A stretch of DNA of 64,000 nucleotides from a virus, in IMG/VR virus record IMGVR_UViG_3300044712_001570, positions 1-64,000 of that record. The stretch is one strand, 5' to 3'. Below the pieces are notes generated by a model. The model saw only the letters and a program-made list of their open reading frames with translations. It searched no databases and was not told the DNA's origin. Of this stretch, positions 8,941 through 18,563 are shown in pieces; the stretch's first letter is position 1, and each line of letters starts with the position of its first letter. The translations under genes were made by a program, and so were the position numbers.

Positions 8941-9622
8941 GGAAAAGACCAATATTATTAAGTCGTTATATTACAATGGTAAGATTCATGAAGTGGCTAC
9001 TATGTTAGGTGGTGCACAAGCTATAGGAAGGCTAAAGTCCAGTGGTAAGGTGGACTATCAGAAAAAGGAGGGGAAGATAGATTGGTCCACCTTCGTTTGG
9101 ATTGAACCAGAAGTTACAATATCCCGCATCCGTCGGAAAGAATGCCCAGAAGCAGTTCCAGCACCTGTTATTCCTGTTAAAGAAACTAGTCCACTACAGG
9201 ATATAAAGGAGGCATATGATAAAGAGATACAGGATGCATATGAGAAAGGTCTTGTTGATGGAAAGCTTCTAGCTACTAAGCCTGTATCTATTGCGTCTGA
9301 TAAGATGAAAAAGGTCGATATACTATCTGGTTTATATAGGCAATGCTTAGAGCTGGAGATAGCACTGTGCGAGCTTTCCGAGGAAGAAGTAGCTCAAGTC
9401 ACCGCACCTATTAATAAGTTCTTCTTTACCTCTGCTAAGAAGGAAGAGGTACAAGAGGAGGAAGCTAAAGACACTATCGAAAAAAGGGGTAGATCGCATG
9501 ATGAGGAAGAAGAAGAAGATATCGACGAAGAGGAGGAAGAAGCCTACAAGGTTAAGGTTAGTAAGAAGCCTATAGTTGATAGAATAGCTATGCTAAAGGC
9601 CAGACGGGATAAGAATGTATAA
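8927..9622 (+). CDS. Hypothetical protein with acidic C-terminal tract
   Basis: AGGAGA RBS before ATG 8927. Confidence 0.7.
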   Translation: MTRHEEKTNIIKSLYYNGKIHEVATMLGGAQAIGRLKSSGKVDYQKKEGKIDWSTFVWIEPEVTISRIRRKECPEAVPAPVIPVKETSPLQDIKEAYDKEIQDAYEKGLVDGKLLATKPVSIASDKMKKVDILSGLYRQCLELEIALCELSEEEVAQVTAPINKFFFTSAKKEEVQEEEAKDTIEKRGRSHDEEEEEDIDEEEEEAYKVKVSKKPIVDRIAMLKARRDKNV

Positions 9623-9995
9623 GTATCATAGTAAGACACTTTCACCTAGAAGCCTTAAAAAGCTTAATCGAGGTGAAAGTGTCGAAGATAACTATGATAG
9701 GCCAAAGACACGTTCTGAGTGTGGGGATGAGAGACCATGCCCATTCGTTGGATGTAGGTATCATCTCTATTTAGATGTTCATATAAAGGGTTCTATTAAG
9801 TTCAACTTTCCAGATACGGAACCTGAAGATATGCTAGTTAGTTGTGCATTGGATGTAGCGGATGAATGTCAAGAAGGCTTAACGTGCGATGATATCGCAG
9901 CCCTTCTAAATATAACCCGACAGGGTGTAGCAATGATAGAGCAATCTATTATGCCTAGGGTCAGGCGTGCCCTAAAGGATTATAAGAATGAGTAA
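9615..9995 (+). CDS. Cys-rich protein with sigma70 region-4-like HTH (myxobacterial-type family)
   Basis: RPKTRSEC..RPCPFVGCRYHLYLDV..GSIKFNFP..CALDVA..GLTCDDIAALLNITRQ pattern. Confidence 0.75.
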   Translation: MYKYHSKTLSPRSLKKLNRGESVEDNYDRPKTRSECGDERPCPFVGCRYHLYLDVHIKGSIKFNFPDTEPEDMLVSCALDVADECQEGLTCDDIAALLNITRQGVAMIEQSIMPRVRRALKDYKNE

Positions 9996-10143
9996 CACCT
10001 GCTATAGATTGATTAGGCTACAAAGAAACATACAATCATTTAGCTATAATTACATGTGGTGCTATGTGCCATTATCTATCGAGGTGCAATCCTATTGGGC
10101 TGTTTGCATGGATGCACCACTACTCGAATGTAGAAAGGGTTAA
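9988..10143 (+). CDS. Small hypothetical protein (51 aa; not in track)
   Basis: Open frame [16 protein letters not shown]... bridging 9995 and 10149. Confidence 0.45.
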   Translation: MSNTCYRLIRLQRNIQSFSYNYMWCYVPLSIEVQSYWAVCMDAPLLECRKG

Positions 10144-10148
10144 TAAAA

Positions 10149-10376
10149 ATGTCGCCTAGTACTGAAGTCGAGGATACTCACTGGACATTTCCTAACGATG
10201 ATACTCAATATGAACGCATTAGGGTAGCCGATAAGGTATGTCACGATTGTGCTCGAAGACCAGGTCAACTGCATATGGTTGGGTGCGATTGGGAAAGGTG
10301 CCCTAAGTGTGGTGGTCAAGCTATTAGCTGCTTTTGTTGCTTGAATGAAGGAAGGAGAGGAAGAGGAGGAGTGTGA
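10149..10376 (+). CDS. Small Zn-binding phage protein
   Basis: [24 protein letters not shown]. Confidence 0.7.
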   Translation: MSPSTEVEDTHWTFPNDDTQYERIRVADKVCHDCARRPGQLHMVGCDWERCPKCGGQAISCFCCLNEGRRGRGGV

Positions 10377-10463
10377 AGAAGAAGAGAAAGAAGAAGATTT
10401 AGGTTTTGGTAGAACACTTGTTCTATCATCCGATGGTCTAAGGCTAGTAGGAGATTACTAATA

Positions 10464-11198
10464 ATGATTGAATATATAATAGGGTTAGACCTATCTATTA
10501 GTGGTACCGGTATATGCGTTATGCAAAGGCCACACTTTCAAAGAATAAGGTCCCCTGAAACAGTAGAAGAACAAGTAAAGATTATACATACAGAAAGGCT
10601 ACATTGCCCATTGAATGCAGATGCATCCCACTGGGAGCATACGCATAGGCTATTGCGTATTACCGATGCTATTATCGATATATGTGCTACCCACTGCATA
10701 GTAGGTCCTCCACATTATGATAAGGAATGGATAAAAGAACATAAGGATTGGTATATGCAAAGGGTAAGAACAGCTATTGACCAAACGGCCTTCTATGCTG
10801 AGGGGTATGCCTTCGGAGCAGCTTACCAAGCTCACCAGCTAGGGGAAGTAGGAGGAGCTGTTATGATAAGGTTAGCAGAGTATACTAAACCCCTTATTAG
10901 GGTTCCTGCCTCCTCCATTCGAAAGCTCCTAGTAGGGTTCTCACCCTCTAAGGCTAACAAGTGTGACCCTAAGAAGATAGTGCATGCATGTGTATCCAAG
11001 GTACTATTCAATACTGGTAGTACTAAGCCTATTACATACGATGAATCCGATGCAGTAGCAGTAGCTAACTATGGTTGCTCCGAGGAGTTCGGAAGTTGCC
11101 TAAGCCTTGGTTACACTTCCGCTCAAGCTAATGCCATAAAGGCTCCTGTACCTGTACTTACCATAAAGAAGCCTTCAAAGAAGAAAAAGAAGTCTTAG
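10464..11198 (+). CDS. RuvC-like Holliday junction resolvase
   Basis: IIGLDLSISGTG, EGYAFG, LGEVGG, DESDAVAVA. Confidence 0.85.
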   Translation: MIEYIIGLDLSISGTGICVMQRPHFQRIRSPETVEEQVKIIHTERLHCPLNADASHWEHTHRLLRITDAIIDICATHCIVGPPHYDKEWIKEHKDWYMQRVRTAIDQTAFYAEGYAFGAAYQAHQLGEVGGAVMIRLAEYTKPLIRVPASSIRKLLVGFSPSKANKCDPKKIVHACVSKVLFNTGSTKPITYDESDAVAVANYGCSEEFGSCLSLGYTSAQANAIKAPVPVLTIKKPSKKKKKS

Positions 11199-11210
11199 GT
11201 ACGCATAGGA

Positions 11211-11230
11211 TGGCACGCCTTGTGCAATCT
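11211..11230 (+). promoter_or_regulatory. Sigma54-like -24/-12 promoter overlapping the GYGCAATCT motif
   Basis: TGGCACGCCTTGTGCA vs consensus TGGCACGNNNNTTGCW. Confidence 0.55.
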
Positions 11231-11240
11231 TATTAGTACC

Positions 11241-11774
11241 ATGCAAACACTAATCATTCTACTCCTCACCCTACTGCTAGGGTGTGGGACTGCTAACATT
11301 GAAGACATAGCACCTATAGAGGATACCTATGATGCATCAACTATCGATGCACTGGCCTATGATAGTATCAGCACTGCAACTGATACTGCTAGGGATAGTG
11401 CTACCAGTAATCATGATGTTACATCATCAAAGGAAGATATCACAGCTAGGTATGATAGTACTCCTATGGATGGTGATACTAGCATACTGGATACTATCAT
11501 CCTCGATACTGTACCCTTGGACATCATAGGGGACATTCCTCAAGACATTTTGCAGGATGTAGATACTAAGCCTAGCTACGTCTGTCCCATAAAAAACCCT
11601 GCAACCTGTATGCTACAGACGTGCCCAGACGGTGAGACATTTTGGCTATGTCCTAAGCCTTGTGCGAAGGATGTAGCCTCTTCCCCTGGCTGCTATGGAG
11701 TCCACTGGAGCAACTGCCAATACGCTCCTAATAGTCAATGTAAGCCAGACGCTATAGGCGGATGGTGCTGCTAG
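11241..11774 (+). CDS. Putative lipoprotein with D/T-rich linker and Cys-rich C-terminal domain
   Basis: MQTLIILLLTLLLGC lipobox-like; about 10 Cys at the C-terminus. Confidence 0.65.
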   Translation: MQTLIILLLTLLLGCGTANIEDIAPIEDTYDASTIDALAYDSISTATDTARDSATSNHDVTSSKEDITARYDSTPMDGDTSILDTIILDTVPLDIIGDIPQDILQDVDTKPSYVCPIKNPATCMLQTCPDGETFWLCPKPCAKDVASSPGCYGVHWSNCQYAPNSQCKPDAIGGWCC

Positions 11775-11788
11775 AAAGGATAACTTCA

Positions 11789-12046
11789 ATGCAAGGAATA
11801 ACATCCAGATGGGCGTTTATGCTCAAATCAGGAACCCAAGAAGATAGGCTAAAAGCTATCGAGGAACTAAAGATTGCTTGCCAAAAGGGGCAAGGCTTTA
11901 TTCCTAAGGTAGCAATCATACTACAGTTGGGTGAACGTAGTGTAACCCGACTACTAATGTCTGCAGGCCTGACCAGGTATGCAGCCGCTATTCGTGCTGG
12001 TGTAAGACCTCAAGCTGCAGGTATCGAGAAGGTGGTACAACAATGA
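11789..12046 (+). CDS. Small Fis-like HTH protein
   Basis: AAGGA RBS; GFIPKVAIILQLGERSVTRLLMSAGL HTH-like; resembles 45574-45864. Confidence 0.5.
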   Translation: MQGITSRWAFMLKSGTQEDRLKAIEELKIACQKGQGFIPKVAIILQLGERSVTRLLMSAGLTRYAAAIRAGVRPQAAGIEKVVQQ

Positions 12047-12372
12047 GTAATCAATTAATGGTTCTACATGATATGACAGTATTCAAGGTGGATGTAGGTT
12101 TAGCATTAGGTCCTATCGAATACTATGCATCTTATTCTGATGCTATGGCTGCATCTGTAAAAAGAGGCGAGTGGGGTTGTGATGCTAAGGTAGTAGAGGA
12201 AAAGCATACTATTCTAAAGTTGGAGCATAAGACATCCCTCATTATAACCAATGCACCTAAACTTCAATACTTCTATCTATCCGATGAACAGATAGAAGAA
12301 AGACGCAAGAAAGCAATGGAGAAGCTAACACCACAAGAGTTAGTTCTTTTAGGCCTAGTAAAGAAGGAATAA
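12043..12372 (+). CDS. Hypothetical protein
   Basis: C-terminal RKKAMEKLTPQELVLLGL motif common in phage proteins. Confidence 0.75.
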   Translation: MSNQLMVLHDMTVFKVDVGLALGPIEYYASYSDAMAASVKRGEWGCDAKVVEEKHTILKLEHKTSLIITNAPKLQYFYLSDEQIEERRKKAMEKLTPQELVLLGLVKKE

Positions 12373-12375
12373 CAA

Positions 12376-12912
12376 ATGAGTACAGCTATAGAGGAGAATA
12401 AACGCCTAGGGGAGCCTATGTGGCTTAGGTCTAATCCTATAGGTAGTCCTACCTCCTATGAGGTATATAACATACTATACAAGCTGCATTGTTCCTGCAC
12501 CTATATGGTTAGGCGACCTTGTTGGGATGCGGGTAGGGGTATCATAGTATCCAATAGGGATGAGTGGGGTATTACTATTCACAATATGCAGGCTACCAAT
12601 ACAGGGGTAACACTGCTGGATGAATATGTACCTACACTCAAGGATTGGTATGCTAACGACTACCAACTGTGGAGGTACTGTATACCCTTCTATTCTGCCC
12701 TAGGAAAGATATTTGATGCACAGGATGCTAACCTATGCATGATAGGCGTAGCTTTAGATATAAAGCTAAATGAGAGTGATACTTCAACTGTACCACCCGG
12801 TGTTAATATGGGTGTAGGTACATGCGATATGGAACCCCTATATTACCATAAGGATATTAGAATTGAAGACCTAAGAAAGAAGCTATGGTGGTTAAGGACA
12901 ATCTATAAGTGA
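12376..12912 (+). CDS. DUF2829/Tad2-like protein
   Basis: VRRPCW...YVPTLKDWYANDYQ resembles the DUF2829 R..W and P...D..A.DW motifs. Confidence 0.5.
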   Translation: MSTAIEENKRLGEPMWLRSNPIGSPTSYEVYNILYKLHCSCTYMVRRPCWDAGRGIIVSNRDEWGITIHNMQATNTGVTLLDEYVPTLKDWYANDYQLWRYCIPFYSALGKIFDAQDANLCMIGVALDIKLNESDTSTVPPGVNMGVGTCDMEPLYYHKDIRIEDLRKKLWWLRTIYK

Positions 12913-12926
12913 CCAACATGTGAAAG

Positions 12927-13379
12927 GTGGAGACAATGGCTATGACTGTGAAGGATAAAGTTCATACATCCATTATTGTTGGTGAAGCATTATCTATGAA
13001 GGAATTAGTCAGTAAGACTATTAAACTCTATCCTGAGTTGATAGGTAAAGACCATAGCATTAGATGCCGTATTCTAACATTACATAAGAGGGGTATACTA
13101 CGCAGGTCCTCCTACGGTACATACGTATGTGAAGTACAATATATACCACCAATCAAGCCTAAACCTAAAGAAGTCAGGGTTCACCGATACGTTAATCGTG
13201 CTGTGTATGATTATATTCGATTATTTGGTGCTAGTACTGCGAAAGACATACATAACCACATCCAGCAGGATTACCCTACCCTAAGAGTGATTGATGTAAG
13301 TTACACTTTACATAACCTACTTTGCAGGGAAAAGAAGGTTGTGCGTCTTCGTAAAGGGGTATACCAAGCGATTAAGTAG
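12927..13379 (+). CDS. Putative tandem winged-helix DNA-binding protein
   Basis: Two repeats ending L.K.G.L.R...G.Y and L..EKKV.RL.KG.Y. Confidence 0.6.
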   Translation: METMAMTVKDKVHTSIIVGEALSMKELVSKTIKLYPELIGKDHSIRCRILTLHKRGILRRSSYGTYVCEVQYIPPIKPKPKEVRVHRYVNRAVYDYIRLFGASTAKDIHNHIQQDYPTLRVIDVSYTLHNLLCREKKVVRLRKGVYQAIK

Positions 13380-13386
13380 GTGACCT

Positions 13387-13842
13387 ATGCTGGATGAAAA
13401 CAAGTATCAAGAGCTAAAGGAGGGGGAGGAGTTCTGCCCCTCTGGTTGTGTCTTTAAGTGGTTAAGGGAAGAGGATAATACTGAGTACTGTAGGGATTAT
13501 GGTACTCATGATAAGTATCCTACAATAACTCTGCTATCTAATCTGCTATCTACTAAACTGCAGCAACGACTATTAGACGTAAATGTAAGACCTGCAGGAG
13601 CACCAGCTCTAAGACCTATTCGAACTTCAAGGTGTATGAAGCGAAGGTGCCCATCTAAGTCTAAGTGCAAGGCTTTACTTATAGTGGGTGGGCAACCTGT
13701 ATGCTTTCTAGCGCAATCTTTATCTATAGCAAGGTGGAGAGTAGATGAACGTTCACCACAACTCAGGGTCTTTGAGTGCAATACTAAAGCAAAGGCATTT
13801 AGCGTTTTTATGGACATCTTGAATGGAGATCTAAATGATTAG
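13387..13842 (+). CDS. Hypothetical Cys-rich protein
   Basis: AGGTG RBS, in operon. Confidence 0.65.
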   Translation: MLDENKYQELKEGEEFCPSGCVFKWLREEDNTEYCRDYGTHDKYPTITLLSNLLSTKLQQRLLDVNVRPAGAPALRPIRTSRCMKRRCPSKSKCKALLIVGGQPVCFLAQSLSIARWRVDERSPQLRVFECNTKAKAFSVFMDILNGDLND

Positions 13843-14143
13843 GCTACAAAGAAACATACAGCTATTGATGCATGAAACTGACTTCATCAAAGTATTAGAG
13901 CAGCACCTGTCGGATGTACAGGTAGAAGGTATTAAAGAAAAGCTTGAAGATGAGTTCGATGGTTGGAAAACACAACACGATGACACAGAGCTTGCTGCCA
14001 TTATTGAAGATATACCAGCCATAAAAGAAGAGTGGTTTTATGGTGAGTATGAACTAACCAAAGGGGGCAAGGTTTATATTGGTTCAGAAGAGATGGATAC
14101 CGATTCGGAAACCTATGCGAACATAAACATATGGTGGTCATAA
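13835..14143 (+). CDS. Hypothetical acidic protein
   Basis: GGAG RBS; first 25 nt duplicated at 10010. Confidence 0.7.
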   Translation: MIRLQRNIQLLMHETDFIKVLEQHLSDVQVEGIKEKLEDEFDGWKTQHDDTELAAIIEDIPAIKEEWFYGEYELTKGGKVYIGSEEMDTDSETYANINIWWS

Positions 14144-14144
14144 T

Positions 14145-14792
14145 ATGACCGAGCCTTCCCTTATGGTGGCAGTACCTGTAGGCTTTATGGAATCCCTCGG
14201 GTATGAGTTCAAAATAAAGAATGGGAGGGTTAGATGGGAATGCCTATCCTGTCATGAGCTATGGACTAATCAAAAGCTTAATATCAAGTGTAGCAGTTCC
14301 TATGATAAAGCATATAAGGGTAGTAGTGATATATGGCAATGCAACAAAAGCATTGAGTGCAAGGTTAAGGTCCTACATAGAAGTACAGTGCTTGAGGGTT
14401 ATATCATAGTCGCTAAACCTCACTACAATATAGCTAAGTCTATGGGGTTAGATGTTACCGTAAAGGATACCAAGGTAATGTATACCCGCTCCTATAACGA
14501 GCAGACTAAGAAGTATGATACTAAGACCTTTACAGAGCCTTATACCTATATGAAGGAGGAGGACTATGCTAGGTTGGAACTTCTTATTGGGTTACCCTTT
14601 AAGAAGGATTCAAGGCTAAGGTGCTTTGAAGCAATCTTAAAGAACCCGGAGACCTTTGCTGCATGTAAGTCCATCATAGCTACTGCTACTAAAAGATGGG
14701 GTAACCAGCATAAGTACATGAACCATGGGATGCTGGTAAAGGCCATAGAGACTTGCTGCAAAGTGGATAGTTCAAAGTACTCATGGCCATAG
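14145..14792 (+). CDS. Hypothetical protein
   Basis: 215-aa ORF in operon. Confidence 0.7.
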   Translation: MTEPSLMVAVPVGFMESLGYEFKIKNGRVRWECLSCHELWTNQKLNIKCSSSYDKAYKGSSDIWQCNKSIECKVKVLHRSTVLEGYIIVAKPHYNIAKSMGLDVTVKDTKVMYTRSYNEQTKKYDTKTFTEPYTYMKEEDYARLELLIGLPFKKDSRLRCFEAILKNPETFAACKSIIATATKRWGNQHKYMNHGMLVKAIETCCKVDSSKYSWP

Positions 14793-14802
14793 GGGTAGGT
14801 AA

Positions 14803-15387
14803 ATGGATATAGTGGATATAACCAAAGAAGCAGAACCCTTTGGTGTACATAACTATAGGAAGTACTTCGCTGTATATAACTCCATGTACAATGATTCTGG
14901 TAAATATAAAGATATACTATCATTAGGGTTCAAAAGGATAGTATATGAGGATGATGGTGTAGGGTTGATTAAATTCAGCGAGTATATACCTATATGGTGG
15001 TTCAACCTATGTGGTGTATTAGAGCCTTATCTATGGTCTAAAGTAGTAGTTCAAAATAATACTACATCCCATGTAGGAGCAATACAGGACTTTGATGATG
15101 CTATATTGATACCTATGTGCAGGTTACTATTCAAATCGCCTAGGCTACCTAGCCCGTGGGTAGGCTCATATGCAAGTAACCGTGTAGTAGATAGGGTTGT
15201 TAAAGGACCTAACTTGAATACAACAGTAGTACCTCATTGGAGGCATACTATCGAGATGACTACCTTTCTAGGGGAAGATCTAGAAGATAAGGTGCAAGCT
15301 CTGGTTAGTCTATTCAAGCTATTCGATATACGAGCACCCGCAAACCAAACAATGGCCAGCATAGACGCTATCTGCAAGGGGAAGTAG
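14803..15387 (+). CDS. Hypothetical protein
   Basis: 194-aa ORF in operon. Confidence 0.7.
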   Translation: MDIVDITKEAEPFGVHNYRKYFAVYNSMYNDSGKYKDILSLGFKRIVYEDDGVGLIKFSEYIPIWWFNLCGVLEPYLWSKVVVQNNTTSHVGAIQDFDDAILIPMCRLLFKSPRLPSPWVGSYASNRVVDRVVKGPNLNTTVVPHWRHTIEMTTFLGEDLEDKVQALVSLFKLFDIRAPANQTMASIDAICKGK

Positions 15388-15388
15388 T

Positions 15389-15835
15389 ATGAGTAACATT
15401 GATGCTGTTAAGTTAGGTGCCTTATTGGAGAAGGCCTTCCAAGACCCCCTATTCCCTACCCTACAACCCTTTCCACCTAGGGATAATGATAATAACGAGC
15501 TAGCTATCATTCAAGCAGCATATCAACAAGCTAAGGATATGGAACGCTTGAATGCTAAGATTGATGCCTTAGAAGTGAAGGCTAGAACTGTTATACCATC
15601 CCCTATTATTATACCTGCAAAGCCCGCTATCATATGGCCACAGCGTGAAGCCTATGAAGCAGAAGAACTCCTAGGGTGGCTTAGGGAGCTAAGACTACTA
15701 AAAACTGATAAAGAATACGAAAGATTATTAAGGTTAGCAGGAGCAGAGGATTTTAACCTATACCGGCAAACTCCATTACCTCCAGAAGAAAGTGCAGAGC
15801 AAAGGATACGCAGGAAGTATGGCGCAATCTTTTAG
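15389..15835 (+). CDS. Hypothetical protein
   Basis: 148-aa ORF in operon. Confidence 0.7.
   Translation: MSNIDAVKLGALLEKAFQDPLFPTLQPFPPRDNDNNELAIIQAAYQQAKDMERLNAKIDALEVKARTVIPSPIIIPAKPAIIWPQREAYEAEELLGWLRELRLLKTDKEYERLLRLAGAEDFNLYRQTPLPPEESAEQRIRRKYGAIF
15821..15830 (+). promoter_or_regulatory. GGYGCAAYCT phage promoter motif
   Basis: GGCGCAATCT-N7-AGGAGG-N5-ATG. Confidence 0.65.
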
Positions 15836-15848
15836 ATAGGAGGTAAAT

Positions 15849-16034
15849 ATGTGCGAATACTGCAGAAGCAATAAGAACAAGCCTATTGAATACATCAAAA
15901 GATGCTCTTGGTGTGACCGCACTCAATCCGAGTCGGGTACTCCTTTCATGGAGATAGATTCCCAAGAGGGGCTACTACTCGCCTGTAGTGCATGCCAAGG
16001 TAAACGAGTTCGAAGAACAATGTCTGGATGGTAG
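15849..16034 (+). CDS. Small zinc-ribbon protein
   Basis: Three CxxC motifs; AGGAGG RBS. Confidence 0.65.
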   Translation: MCEYCRSNKNKPIEYIKRCSWCDRTQSESGTPFMEIDSQEGLLLACSACQGKRVRRTMSGW

Positions 16035-16252
16035 GAGTAACGGTTATGGCAAACAGTACTGAGGTTGGTACAGTAAAGTTGATTAGAAAGACTGATAAGG
16101 CAATCCTTGTACAGTTCGATGAGGATGACACAGAGATGTGGATTCCAAACAGTGTAGTACACGAAGATAGTGAAGTCTTTGCAGGTATGGATGGTGATAC
16201 TGGTGAACTAGTTGTTATGGAGTGGTGGGCTAAGAAGGAAGGTTTAGTATAA
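16028..16252 (+). CDS. Small acidic beta protein, paralog of the 20221 N-terminal domain
   Basis: TDKAILV...WIPNSVVHEDS...GDTGELVVMEWWAK; likely start 16046. Confidence 0.75.
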   Translation: MVGVTVMANSTEVGTVKLIRKTDKAILVQFDEDDTEMWIPNSVVHEDSEVFAGMDGDTGELVVMEWWAKKEGLV

Positions 16253-16794
16253 TGCCAATACTAAACAATAAGTGGGCTCACCACTACCTAGGGCTTGCCT
16301 ATAAGACTGCATCCCTATCCAAGGACCCTTCCACTAAGGTAGGTGCGGTAATCGTAGGCAAGCGCAAAGAAGTGCGTTCTACTGGTTATAATGGCTTCCC
16401 TAGGGGTATCGAAGATAGAGCCATTAGGTTTGCTAGTAGGGAGGAAAAGCTACTCTACACCATACATGCAGAGGCCAATAGCCTTTATAATGCCTTACTA
16501 ACCGGAGTTAGCGTCGAAGGTTCCATTATTGTTACAACCCACTTCCCTTGTACCGAATGTGCAAAGGCTATCATTCAATGTGGTATCACTGAGGTTATAA
16601 GTGATATGCCCTCAAGTGATTACCTCGATCGGTGGGAGCAATCTATTAGGCATGCAAACAGCCTATTCATGGAAGCTGGTGTCTCCTGTGCATTCTTTAG
16701 CTACTTTAGAGGGTTAGAGTCTGGAAGCTTCGTTGATGTATCCACAGTACTCACAGATAGGCAATCAAGTCGGGGATGGCGAGAACATGGATAA
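16252..16794 (+). CDS. dCMP deaminase
   Basis: SKDPSTKVGAVI, GYNGFPRG, HAE, PCxxC. Confidence 0.93.
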   Translation: MPILNNKWAHHYLGLAYKTASLSKDPSTKVGAVIVGKRKEVRSTGYNGFPRGIEDRAIRFASREEKLLYTIHAEANSLYNALLTGVSVEGSIIVTTHFPCTECAKAIIQCGITEVISDMPSSDYLDRWEQSIRHANSLFMEAGVSCAFFSYFRGLESGSFVDVSTVLTDRQSSRGWREHG

Positions 16795-17284
16795 CATGCG
16801 GGGTTGTGTACCATTTGAGTTATATAGCTATAAAGGTGATGCATATAAGACTGCTCTGCGAAGGTGCACATTCACCACTATAGAGTTATCCTACCCACTT
16901 GTACCTGTATGTTTATCTAAAGTAGTCACTACTATCTTAGAGAAAGGAGTGGATGACCCATACGTCATATGGGAGTATGCATTTCAAACTATTGTGGATA
17001 CTACAATGTTTTCAGTTGTATCTGATATAGGTACAGGTAATAAGAAAATACCAGTTATAGGGTACTTAGAATTTGATATGTGCAATAAGTCTGTTGCTTA
17101 TGAACGAGCACAAGCCATACTATCCGTCCTTGAGCTAGCTAGTGAAGGTTCTGGGACTACTAGGTTCAAGGCTGTTATAGATGCCTGTATAACTATGAAT
17201 CCTTTTATCAAAAGCTATATAGATTGGTTTCATATCCTAGACCTGCATTATGCTTGGTCTGCTGCATATAGGTGGAATAGATAG
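16787..17284 (+). CDS. Hypothetical protein
   Basis: Likely start at 16787 overlapping deaminase stop. Confidence 0.65.
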   Translation: MDNMRGCVPFELYSYKGDAYKTALRRCTFTTIELSYPLVPVCLSKVVTTILEKGVDDPYVIWEYAFQTIVDTTMFSVVSDIGTGNKKIPVIGYLEFDMCNKSVAYERAQAILSVLELASEGSGTTRFKAVIDACITMNPFIKSYIDWFHILDLHYAWSAAYRWNR

Positions 17285-17293
17285 GATGATGAT

Positions 17294-17464
17294 ATGAAAG
17301 ACTTTAATATTCATATAGAGTTCAAACTCGAAGATATGTGGGTTGGTGTCTACTGGAAGTCTAAGTATAAAGCTTCCAATCTTACTAGGCACATCGATAT
17401 ATGGGTATGCTTACTTCCCTGCCTACCTATTCATATTAGCTATTATAAGGACTTATTAGAATGA
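17294..17464 (+). CDS. Small hypothetical protein (56 aa; not in track)
   Basis: MKDFNIHIEFKLEDMWVGVYW...IWVCLLPCLPIHI, a recurrent small phage protein pattern. Confidence 0.65.
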   Translation: MKDFNIHIEFKLEDMWVGVYWKSKYKASNLTRHIDIWVCLLPCLPIHISYYKDLLE

Positions 17465-18108
17465 TGACCTATAGTAGGAATAATGATATGGTCTATGAGA
17501 TACATGGGATGGTAGGGGCTATTGACCCTGCTACTAACAATATGATAAATAACCATCGAGAAGAGCTAAGGAGAATACATAGGGCTTGCTGTAAGATGGT
17601 ATCTGGTAAGGATACTAAAACCAATCATCGTATTGGTACCCTATGGCGAAGGCTTATGTATACCTCCTCATGGTTTGCTGAGGATACTTTAGAGAGTTCT
17701 ACCTATGATAGGTATAAGTACACCTATGATAGGTCTACTAAGATGGAGCGAAGTATAGGTAACAGCTTATGCTTACTGATAAGCATACTGCATGTTCCCG
17801 TGGATGATATAAAACCTTTAATAGCTCCAGAGCTAGCACCTGAGATGCATAACTCACCTAGGTTTCTTCAACTCGAAGACCACGCTGGATGGTTCGAACC
17901 TATAGTATATCAAAAGCTATTGACCCATAAAAGACTTATATCCCTGCTAGTTCGAGATGGTGAGCTAAAGTATGCTAATAAGCTTATGGAGGGTATGAGC
18001 TTCAATACAGTAGGTCTCAAAGAGACCGCTATAGATAACCTTAAAGCTATGCAGGCTTTATTGCATATCTATAGGGAGGAGATGATTGAGTTCGAGATAC
18101 CATTCTAA
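17461..18108 (+). CDS. Hypothetical protein
   Basis: 215-aa ORF, ATGA overlap. Confidence 0.7.
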   Translation: MMTYSRNNDMVYEIHGMVGAIDPATNNMINNHREELRRIHRACCKMVSGKDTKTNHRIGTLWRRLMYTSSWFAEDTLESSTYDRYKYTYDRSTKMERSIGNSLCLLISILHVPVDDIKPLIAPELAPEMHNSPRFLQLEDHAGWFEPIVYQKLLTHKRLISLLVRDGELKYANKLMEGMSFNTVGLKETAIDNLKAMQALLHIYREEMIEFEIPF

Positions 18109-18118
18109 GGTGCAACCT
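18109..18118 (+). promoter_or_regulatory. GGYGCAAYCT phage promoter motif
   Basis: GGTGCAACCT-N7-AGGAGG-N6-ATG. Confidence 0.65.
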
Positions 18119-18137
18119 ATTAGGTAGGAGGTTAGAG

Positions 18138-18563
18138 ATGATTCAAGTTATCATGCATCTGGTTTACCATATTAGTATCCTGGCAGTAAAGCTAGCACGT
18201 GCGGAAGATACCATAGCTGCACTCCAGAAGCAGCTCCAAGCCATGGCAAAGGATAGTGAACCTAAGCCAAGTGTAAGTGATATGGTCGATACGTTTTATA
18301 AGGATAAAGAGCCCTTAGTTTACTGTGTCACTAAACCAGATTGGAAGTGTATTTATAACCTTAAGGAATCTGCAGAGGGATTCCATCTATGTAAAAGCAA
18401 TGCAGACTGCTCACATAAAGCCATAGCACGGCATGATGATAAGTGGGAGTGTGCTAGCTGTACTCATATAGAGCATTGTGACCCTAGCATTGCACTTCGC
18501 TTTCATACAAGCAATACTGCTGCATGTACTCTCTACACAGAGAAGAAAGAAGAAAGCCAATGA
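18138..18563 (+). CDS. Hypothetical protein, coiled coil plus Cys-rich C-terminus
   Basis: AGGAGG RBS. Confidence 0.7.
   Translation: MIQVIMHLVYHISILAVKLARAEDTIAALQKQLQAMAKDSEPKPSVSDMVDTFYKDKEPLVYCVTKPDWKCIYNLKESAEGFHLCKSNADCSHKAIARHDDKWECASCTHIEHCDPSIALRFHTSNTAACTLYTEKKEESQ

Noticed and set aside
9440-9545. GAA/GAG-rich tracts here and at 24325-24390 and 62120-62230 as DNA repeats
   Set aside because: Explained by acidic low-complexity protein sequence.
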